From: Basidiobolus meristosporus CBS 931.73
Taxonomy: Eukaryota; Fungi; Basidiobolomycota
Direction of reading: 5' to 3'
Assembly (NCBI GenBank): GCA_002104905.1
Contig: MCFE01000700.1
Span: forward strand, 1-44,029
DNA: 44,029 nt
The notes below the pieces were generated by a model that was not told the origin of the DNA, did no database searches, and saw nothing but the letters and a program-made list of their open reading frames with translations. This document shows positions 32,259 through 42,150 of the stretch, piece after piece. The position numbers were made by a program, and so were the translations under genes. Positions within the stretch are counted from its first letter, which is position 1, and every line of letters begins with the position of its first letter.

Positions 32259-35200
32259 CAATCTGTCACATTCTTTGGTGTCTGCTACTGCTATTACTGG
32301 AACTTTTCCCTCTGTTGAAAAGCTGGATGGATCTGACTACCAAGTGTGGAAGGCAAAGATAAAGATGCTGCTACAAGAAAGAGGCCTTTGGGATCTTATC
32401 ATGGGAGAAGAATGCCTTCTTAAAAATATAGGAGAGGAAGACTTAAAGTACCAGAAGAAAGAACTAAGTGCCTTTAACTGCATTTGCCATAAAGTTAAAG
32501 ACAAATTGCAAATTCAGTGCTCAAGAGCAAAAACAACAAAGAATGCCTGATAGGAATCAGAAGACACCTACCAGTTATGTTCATCTGCTAAGTAAATGTA
32601 TCTTGGACAAAAATTCTTTACTACAAATATGCTGCCCGGAGAAGAAATGAAAAATCTAATTAACAGAACTACCCTGCTGGTGGATGAGATGAAATCTGTG
32701 GGTGTACAAACTACTGATGAGGATGTAATAGTTACCATCCAGAATAGTCTCACAGAAAAGTTTCAGGACCTTGTATCAGCCCTAGAGTCCAGAACTGAAG
32801 ATTTGATCTTAAATTACATATGTGGAAGGCTCCTGGATGAAGAATTAAGAAAATCAAGCACAAATAAGAAGGAATAAGAAAATGCTCTAATAAGCAATGA
32901 TAACCAACAAAGGAGGTACCCAAGACCCTACAAAGGCAACAGCAACCTGTTTTGTAACTACTACAAAAGGAAAGGACACAAATTAGACTGGTGTCTCAAA
33001 AAGAGAGGTAATCAGCAAGAGAAGCCTGAATATGGAAATGCTGCAACAACTGAAGATAGACTATTCATATCTGCACTAAATATGACCACAAACAAGGATT
33101 CTCAGACATGACATATTGACTCTGGAGCATCTCAACACTTTACACGCCAAAAAGAACTTTTACCCACTATCAAGACATTCCAATTAAGAAGGATTTCATG
33201 GGTGACAATCAAATACTTGATGCAGTGGGAGAAGGAACTATCCAAGTAAACCTTAGAAGCAGTGAAGGAAGCCATACACTGACCTTTAAAGAAGTACTCC
33301 TTGTACCAGGAATAGCCAAGATCCTACTATCTGTAAGCAATGCCACTGCAGAAGGACTCAGTTTAAGCTTTGACAATTCTAGATGCAAGATCACTGATCA
33401 AAATGGAGCCTGTATTGCTTCAGGCATCAGAGATCAGAATCTGTACAAGTTGACTTATATTTTATAGTATCTGGAAGCCAGTATAAGTAACTTAAATGAA
33501 GAAACACCAATGCTTTGGCACAGGAGATTTAGACACATAAATTTTGATCATTTGCACATAATGATCAAAGATTAGCTAATTTCTGGAGTAAAAAAGGATC
33601 CTCCAGCTAATTTGGAGCACTGTGAAGCCTACATATATGGGAAACAAGATAGACAACCCTTCAAGAGCTCTGGGCTACTCAAAACTACAAAAATATTAGA
33701 TCTAATTCACTCAGATCTGTGTGAACCTATGCAAAATGTATCCGTAGGCAGGATGAAGTATTTAGTCACTTTTATTGATGATTACACAAGATACGCATGG
33801 ATCTATTTCATGGAGAGAAAGGAAGAAGCTCTGTCTAAGTCAAGGGAGTTTAAAGCCATGGTGGAGAGAGAAACTGGTGAAAAAATCAAGAAAATATGCT
33901 CCAATAATGGTGAAGAATATACCTCAAAACTGTTCATCCACTTATGCAAAACTCATGGGATAATGTAAGAGACTACTGTACCATACTCCCCACAGCAAAA
34001 TGGAGTATCAGAATGTGCTAACAGATCAACAATTGATATGGTAAGATCTATGATCCATGATCAAAAATTATCCTATGATTTTTGGGTGGAATCAGTTGTT
34101 ACTGCTGTGTATCTTAAATATAGGACTTATAACAGAATACTTTGTGATTCTACTCCATATGTAGCATGGTATGGGTACGGACCAAGTGCAGAACATCTGG
34201 AAATATTTGGGTGTACAGCATATGCCAAGAAACTCCCTGGAAATCAGTCAAAATTTGAACCAAAAAGTGTAAAATGCATATTTTTGGGCTACTGCAATGA
34301 GAGTAAAGAATACAGACTCTACAATACCAAAGCAAAGAAGCTAATCAAGTCCAGGAATGTGTTGTTTGATGAAAATTCAAAATCTTCACAAAAAATGACA
34401 TCAGTTGATGACAAAAATCTAATCCCAAATCCACAAATTGCCAGGATTGAATTAGAGCAAAACAGTAAAACCTTTTTCACTCTAGAGGACTTTACAACCA
34501 TACTTCAGCCAGAATCAGTGCCCAGGAATATCCCAGAAGTGATCATTCCAGTATCAAATGCCCAGAGATCCAATCAGACAAGAAATAGCCTAAATTACTA
34601 TATCAATGAGGGTACAAACTTAGCCTATGCCTATTCAGTCCATATTGATGAACCCCAGACTGTAAAAGAGGCCCTTAATAGCCCTCAGACAAAGTTTTGG
34701 AGATGAGCAATGACTGAGGAATATCAGGCCCTGATGGAAAATCAAAATTGGGACTTGGTCAAATTAACATTCAACCAAAAATCAATGGGGTGCAGATGGA
34801 TCTTTAAGACAAAATACAAGGCTGATGGTACACTTGAAAGATACAAAGCAAGACTTGTAGCCAAAGTATACTCTCAAACAAAAGGACTTGACTATACTGA
34901 GACCTTTGCACCGGTAGCCAAGCCAAATTCCATCAGATTGATATTGGCTATTGCAGCCAAATATAAGTTTTGTATTCATCAAATGGATGTAAAAACTACA
35001 CTTTTGAATGAAGAACTTGATGAGCACATGCACATGGGCCAGCCTGATGGGTTTGCTGACCAAGATAACCCCCATTTGGTCTGCAAGCTTAAAAAGTCTC
35101 AATGGTCTTAAACAATCACCAAGTGTTATGAATAGACACAAGGCAGGAGAGTAGAGCTAGGCAAGGCGGGACCAGGAAAGGACTTAGGTGTGGATCAACA

Positions 35201-35537
35201 AGGTACAGTGTGTTTCCAAGGCAAGGTGGATTTCCAATGTAAGGCTGTTTATTCAAGACCTGTGTTTATCAGACTGAGGAATACATAAGGGGGATAAGAC
35301 TATATATGCTTTTTGGCAATACAGATGCCAAGAGATATTGGCTGATACTAATGGGGTTCTGGGGTGAGGCACAGTAAGTGTGCCAAGATAGAATATACTA
35401 AAGAACAGACTGGAATATCACTTGGCAATATGTCAGGGGTCTGCTGATCATGTGACTAGGTCATGTGACATGTAGTTACCATATATGGCATGGGACTGCA
35501 GAAATTCTAATGGGAAGCCTCCATAGAATGTTCCATT

Positions 35538-36271
35538 AGACTTGTTCTGTTTGATAGTGCCACATTGAGCCATGAGTGCCAAATGATGCCATAGTGTACC
35601 AGAGAGGTCAAGTGAGCCTATACTTGGCCACAGAGTGTGAAACATAGCTCTGCATCTTCATGTAAAGCAGCCACTGTGTTTCACCCATTGCAAAGGAGAA
35701 AATCCATTTTTTGATCTTTTTTTGTGGACCAATGTAGCTCAGGATGTGAAAGAGCACAGGAGAACTGGAGATATGCATCTGGTACTCAATACCCATGGCA
35801 CTATGAATCTAGCTCCTGTAGCTTGTATCATGTCACAAAAATGAGTGGCACTATCTTGGTCCACTGGTACTATCTGGCCCTATATTTAAATATTAGCCCT
35901 AAAGTAAGATCTATACAAAGCACTTATAGTGCCAGATAGTACCAGTGGACCAAGATAGTGCCATTCATTTTTGTGACATGATACAAGCTACAGGAGCTAG
36001 ATTCAGAGTGCCATGGGTATTGAGTACCAGATGCATATCTTCAATCTGCTTGTGCTTTAATACATTCTGCACAACATTGATCCAAAAAAAATGGTCAAAA
36101 AATGGATTTTCTCCAACACAATGGGTGAAACACAGGGGCTGCTTTGCATGAAGATGCAGAGCTATGTTTCACACTCTGTGGCCAGGTAGAGGCTCACTTG
36201 GCCTCTCCGGCACACTATGGCATCATTTGGCACTCATGGCTCAATGTGGCACTATCCAACGGAACAAGTCT
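35538..36271. mobile_element. 734-bp foldback/MITE (copy 2): 347-bp arms, 40-bp spacer, perfect TSD ATT
   Basis: ATT at 35535-35537 and 36272-36274. Same length, termini and near-identical spacer as 6124-6857. Confidence 0.92.
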
Positions 36272-36295
36272 ATTGTGTAATGCTGACTTAGAGCT

Positions 36296-36333
36296 TTCAA
36301 GAACTTGCTAGAATGTAGTAGAACTTTCTAGAA
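36296..36333. promoter_or_regulatory. Heat-shock-element-like array in the unassigned solo LTR
   Basis: TTCaaGAA at 36296-36303 and a three-unit GAActTTCtaGAA at 36321-36333. Function is inferred from motif only. Confidence 0.45.
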
Positions 36334-37325
36334 GGAACTGGGATTTCTTCACTGACTTGATTTGGCTAGATTATTGAAGACCAGGGATGTCATGTGATCA
36401 CAACACCAAGAGCCTGGACTTGTAAGATAGATTCTTATTTGGAATCTTTGAGCTTCAAAAGGAGTAATGCTGACTATAGTATATACAATAAGCCAGATTG
36501 AGAAAATCTAGTTCTATTAGCTCTACATGTGGATGATCTTATTATAGCAGCCAATAACCTAGCAACATTGGAAGAGACTAAATACAGCCTATCTAAAGGG
36601 TTCAAGATGACCAATCCAGGAGAACTCAGTTACTACTTAGGGATTAAGTGCTCCATAGACAGAAGTACCCAGACTATTACCCTAAGCCAATCCAGGTATA
36701 TTCAGGACATACTAAAGAAGTACAAAATGGAAGACTCTAAACCAGCAGCTACCCCAATGGAGACACACCATAACTTGGTCAAAACTCAACTAAAGCAAGA
36801 GAGCTTGGTGCCATCTGAAAGCCCTGACTTTCCTTATCAATCTATGGTTGGCAGTCTGATGTATATCATGCTTAGAATATGTCCAGATCTCTCATATACA
36901 GTGGGAGTTGTTAGCCAGCATAATCAGAACTATGGATCTAATCATATTGCAGCAGTTAAGCAAATATTTAGATACCTAAGAGGGACTGCTGATATCTGCT
37001 TAGAATACACTCATAAGGACTCAGAACAGGATCTTGTGGGATACTCTGATGCTCATTGGGGCCAAAGCTTAGAAGACAGAAGATCCATCACAGAATACAC
37101 CTTTCTTTACTATAAAGGAGCAGTTGCATAGAATTCAAGAAAGCAACCAACCATAGCACTTCCTACCACCAAGGCAGAGTGCATAGCAGCCTGTGAAGCT
37201 ACAAAAGAAGCAATGTGGTTAAGAAAGCTTTTTACAGATTTAGGCCCATGTCAAAAAATGCCTATTACTTTATTTCAAGATAATCAAGGATGTATTCAAT
37301 TATGTAGAAATCTAACTTTTCATGC

Positions 37326-38094
37326 TGTGGTGGTGTATAGGTCCAAGGGAGAGATACATCCAACACTTCTCAAGTGTTTTGTGTGTGGGGTGTTCACTGG
37401 GTGCAATAACCTCTGGCAAAAGCTTGCTAGGAATACTTGGGTTCTGTCTCTAATCTAATGTGAAGGGGAATAAAGCCACAAGCTTGTCAAGGGAAAACTA
37501 TTGAGCTACAATCCCCAACTTAGTTGGCGTCTTAACAAAAGTATGTGCTGGGTTCAGCGTCCTTTGAGATGACAATGTACTAAAGCTTCCAAAGTCAAAA
37601 CAACTGTAAACTCCACCAGCAGGGACTTGAAAAGAATGCAGCTGTGGTCAATAGTTACAAAGACAGAAAAGTATCTTTGCCTGTACAAGAACAAACTTAG
37701 GAAAGAATCAAATATAATAAAAGATACCTACTCTGAGTATTCCTCACAAGTAGTGCCTCCAAGGTCAGTTGGCTGTCAGCACGGTTTCCTGGGAGTGTCC
37801 TGTGGTCTGGGGTTGGAAGTTCAGGTAGCAGCAGGTAGCAGCAATCACACTAATCAACAAGTTGGTATATTGATAAAAGGGATGATGATTTATTGTAGAG
37901 GGATAGCCTCCCTTATACACTTTTCTCACTGGCTGTGATTACTATTCATGGTGTTCCAGAAGGCTCCGGATATCAATAGAAATCTTAATGACATCAGAAT
38001 GACCTAAGAATGTTCTAAGTAGGTGCCGGAAGGTTCTAAGAGGCACAGCACATCCAACCAATCAGGAATCAGTATTCTGAGACCTGTGTAACAT
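37326..38094 (-). repeat. Gypsy LTR fragment (LTR positions about 300-1070), inverted
   Basis: Reverse complement of 21429-22199 at high identity, retaining shared CpGs such as GGACGCTG and AGACGCC. Starts exactly at the LTR end (TGTGGTGGTGTA) inside Copia-B RNase H. Confidence 0.92.
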
Positions 38095-38441
38095 GTAAGT
38101 CAAAACTCAGCTAAATCAAGAGTGCTTGCTGCCATCTGAAAGCCCAGTCTTTCCTCACCAATCTATGGCTGGCAGTTTGATATACTTCATGCTATGAACA
38201 TGTCTACTGATGTTATATTTGGTAAGAGTTGTCAGCCAGCATAGCTAGAACAGTGGATCTGATCATATTGCAGCAGCTAAGCAAATTTCTAGATACTTCA
38301 AATGAACTGCTGAAATATGCTTAGGGTACACCTATAAGAATGCAGAATAATATCTTGTGGTATATTCTGATGCTAATTAGGGAAAAAACCTGAATGAAGG
38401 AGGAGCTGCCACAAGATACTATTTCTTTCCTGTAAAGAAGC
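38095..38441 (+). mobile_element. Heavily decayed copia (family B-like) RT/RNase H fragment
   Basis: Matches 36775-37125 (...GCCATCTGAAAGCCC...CATATTGCAGCAG...TATTCTGATGCT) with many substitutions. Confidence 0.75.
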
Positions 38442-38791
38442 TGTTGTAAGAGTCTTGGAGATATTGGGAGTGATTGGGAGAACAAGTAGATTATGTGGTT
38501 TTCAATTAATGATTTATTGAGTGTAAAAGTAGTACTTATACTTTTACCTTGTCTTGGCATTACAAACATGCAGAATAGGCTAATGAAGGTCTCAAGAACA
38601 TGTGTGCAAAGTTTGGGGCTGTTTGGACAACTTTGAGATTTTTCATGTTCTGGGTACCTGGTATTTTGGTCAAAATATTCTAAGTAAATCCCGACAAGGA
38701 ATTTGGTCAGTATTCTCTAGGATTTAAGGGTAATGATCTAAGTGACTAAGTTAGGTGAATATTTAGGTGGAATTACAAGTTTTTTACAACA
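38442..38791 (-). repeat. Copia-B 3' LTR (350 bp)
   Basis: Direct repeat of 42151-42498, with 8-bp perfect terminal inverted repeats. Confidence 0.93.
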
Positions 38792-41700
38792 CTTCCACTC
38801 AGCTAAATGTTCATACTGACTAGTCCTAATTTTGACTTAAGATATTCAAACTTGTCTCTAGCTAATGGTTTGGTAAATATGTCTGCCATCATTTCATCTG
38901 TAGGACAGTAAACTAAGCTCACTAAGTCATTCTCTATAGCTTTATGTATGAAATGATGTCTAATATCTATGTGCTTGTTTCTAGCATGAAAAGTTGGATT
39001 TCTACATAATTGTATGCATCCTTGATTATCTTGAAATAAAGTAATAGGTGTTTTGTGACATAAGCCTAAATCTGTAAAAGGTTTTCCTAACCACATTGCT
39101 TCTTTTGTAGCTTCACAGGCTGGCATATACTCTGCCTCTGAGGTGGAAAGTGCTACGGTTATTTGCTTTCCTGAATTCCATGACATTGCTCCTTTACAGT
39201 AAAGAAAGGTGTATCCTGTAGTGGATCTTCTGTCTTCTAAATTTTGTCCCCAATCAGCATCAGAGTATCCCACAAGGTCCTGTTCTGAATCCTTAAAAGT
39301 GTATCTTAAGCAGATATCAGCAGTTCCTTTTAGGTATCTAAAAATCCGCTTAACTGCTGCAATATGATCAGATTCATAGTTCTGACAATGTTGGCTGACA
39401 ACTCCCACTGAATATGAGATATCTGGACATGTTTTAAGCATGATATACATCAGACGGCCGGCCATTAATTGATAAGGAAAGTCAGGGCTTTCAGATGGCA
39501 CCAAGCTCTCTTGATTTGGTTGAGTTTGGACTTAGTTAAGGTTTGTCTCCATCAGGGTAGCTGCCAGTTTACAGTCTTCCATTTGGTACTTCTTTAGTAT
39601 ATCTTGAATATACTTGGACTGACTTAGTGTGATAGTCTGGGTACTTCTGTCTATGAAGAACTTAATCCCTAAATAGTAACTAAGTTCTCCTAGATTGGAC
39701 ATCTTGAACTCCTTACATAGGCTTGATTTAGTCTCTTCTAATGCTTCTAGGTTATTGGCGGCTATAATAAGATCATCCTCATATAGGGCTAATAGAGCTG
39801 GGTTTGCTCTATCTGGCTTATAGTATATACTATAGCCAGCATTACTCTTTTTGAAACTCAAAGATTCCAAATAAGAATCTATCTTGCAATTCCAGGCTCT
39901 TGGTGATTCTTTGAGACCATATGGTGACTTTTTAAGCTTGCAGACCAAATGGGGGTTATCATGGTCAGCAAACCCATCAGGCTGGTCCATATACACATCC
40001 TTATCAAGTTCTCCATTCCAAAATGCTGCTTTTACATCCATTTGAGGAATAAAAAACTTATACTTGGCTGCAATAGCCAATATTAATCTGATGGAATTAA
40101 ACTTGGCTACCGGTGCAAAGGTCTCAGTATAGTCAAGTCCTTTTGTTTGAGAGTATCCTTTGGCTACAAGTCTTGCTTTGTATCTTTCAATTGTACCATC
40201 AGCCTTGTATTTTGTCTTGAAGACCCATCTGCATACAATTGATTTTTGGTTGATTGGTAATTTGACTAAGTCCCAAGTTTGATCTTCCATCAGGGCCTGA
40301 TATTCCTCAATCATTGCAGATCTCCAAAAATTTGTCTGAGGGCTATTTAGGGCCTCCTTTACAGTCTGAGGTTCAACAATATGGACTGAATAGGCATAGG
40401 CTAAGTTTGTACCCTCATTGATATAGTAGTTTGGGCTATTACTTGTCTGATTGGATCTCTGGGCATTTGAGACTGGAATGATCACTTCTGGGATATTCCT
40501 GGGCACCAATTCTGGCTGAACCACAGTTGTAGAGTCCTCTGGAGTGAAAAAGTTTTCATTGTTTTGCTCTGATTAAATCCTGACAATTGGTGGACTTGAG
40601 ATCAAATTTTTGTCATCAACTGATGTCATTTTTTGTGAAGATTTTGAATTTTCATCAAACAACACATCCCTGGACTTGATCAGCTTCTTTGCTTTGGTAT
40701 TGTAGAGTCTGTATGCCTTACTCTAATTGCAGTAGCCCAAAAATATGCATTTTACACTTTTTGGCTCAAATTTTGACTGATTTCTGGCCAGTTTTTTGGC
40801 ATATGCTGTACACCCAAATATTCTTAGACGTTCTGCACTTGGTCTGTATCCATACCATGCTTCAAATGGAGTAGAATCACAAAGTATTTTGTTATAACTC
40901 CTATTCTTAAGGTATACAGCAGTGGCAACTGATTCCGCCCAAAAATCATAGGATAATTTTTGATCATGGATCATAGATCTTGCAATATCAAATATTGATC
41001 TGTTAGCTTGTTCTGCTACTCCATTTTGCTGTGGGGAGTATGGTACAGTAGTCTCTTGCTTTATCCCATGAATTTTGCAGAAGTGGATGAAGAGTTTTGA
41101 GGTATATTCTCCACCATTGTCAGAGCGTATTTTCTTGATTTTTTGACCAGTTTCTCTCTCCACCATGGCTTTAAACTCCCTGAACTTAGACAGAGCTTCT
41201 TCCTTTCTCTCCATGAAATAGACCCATGTGTATCTTGCATAATCATCAATAAAAGTGATTAAATACTTCATCCTGCCTAAGGATAAATTTTGCATAGGTC
41301 CACACAGTTCTGAGTGAATTAGATCTAATTTTTTCTTAGTTTTGATTAACCTAGAGCTGTTGAACAGTTGTCTGGCTTGTTTCCCATATATGCAGGCTTC
41401 ACAGTGCTCCAAATTTGCTGGGGATCAATTTTCACTCCAGAAATTAGCTGATCTTTGATCATTTTACGCAAATAATCAGAATTGATGTGTCCAAATCTCC
41501 TGTGCCAAAGCATTGGTGTTTCTTCATTTAAGTTACTTATATTGGCTTCCAAATATGATGGAATACAAGTTAACTGGTATAGATTCTGATCTTTAATGCC
41601 CAAAGCAATATGGGCACCATTTTGATCAGTGATCCTGCATCCAGAATTGTCAAAACTGAAACTGAGTCCTTCTGCTGTGGCCTTGCTTACAGAGAGTAGG

Positions 41701-42150
41701 TTCGTGGCTATTTCTGGTACATAGAGTACTTCTTTAAAGGTCATTTTATGGCTTCCTTCACTGCTTCTAAGGTTTACTTGGATAGTTCCTTCTCCCACTG
41801 CATCAAGTGTTCTATCATCACCCATGAAAACCTTCTTAATTGGAATTTCTTGATATTGCGTAAAAGTTCTTTTTGGTGTGTAAAGTGTTGAGAAGCTCCA
41901 GAGTCAATATACCATGCCTGAGAATCCTTGTTTGTGGTCATATTTAGTGCAGATATGAATAGTCTATCTTCAGTTGTTGCAGCATTTCCATATTCAGTCT
42001 TCTTTTGCTGATAATCTCTCTTTTTGAGACACCAGTCTGATGTGTGTCCTTTCCTTTTGCAGTAGTTGCAAAACAGGCTGCTGTTGCCTTTGTAAGGTCT
42101 TGGGTACCTTGTTTTGTTGGTTATCATTGCTTATTAAAGCATTTTCTTCT
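38442..42150 (-). mobile_element. Ty1/copia family B, copy 2 (3' LTR, RH, RT, INT, PR, end of gag)
   Basis: 3' LTR 38442-38791 with TGTTGTAA/TTACAACA termini. PPT at 38792-38800. ORFs 38803..39504, 39532..40524, 40723..41412, 41346..41825 and 41774..42127 (CNYCKRKGHTSDWC, WYIDSGASQHF). Confidence 0.95.

Larger units (their letters stand above)
35124..36405. mobile_element. Solo LTR of an unassigned family (about 545 bp net) inserted in Copia-B RT; 5-bp TSD CCAAG
   Basis: TGTTATGA...TCACAACA termini. CCAAG at 35119-35123 and 36406-36410. Excision restores GLKQSPRAW of RT. No internal domain of this family is present in the window. Confidence 0.88.
32189..37325 (+). mobile_element. Ty1/copia family B, copy 1 (5' LTR remnant, PBS, gag-pol; truncated in RNase H; contains a solo LTR and a foldback)
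   Basis: LTR remnant 32189-32246 matches the LTRs at 38442 and 42151. PBS GGTTATGTGCCC at 32247-32258. KLDGSDYQVWKAKIKMLL gag, IDSGASQHF protease, IHSDLC integrase, RLVAK...FAPVAK and DD(LIIAA) RT, and QDNQGCI RNase H. Confidence 0.92.

Noticed and set aside
32002-32550. 182-aa ORF as a novel gene (also 37213..37458)
   Set aside because: These are chance read-throughs across junctions: CACTA 3' region into copia LTR and gag, and copia RNase H into the inverted gypsy LTR.
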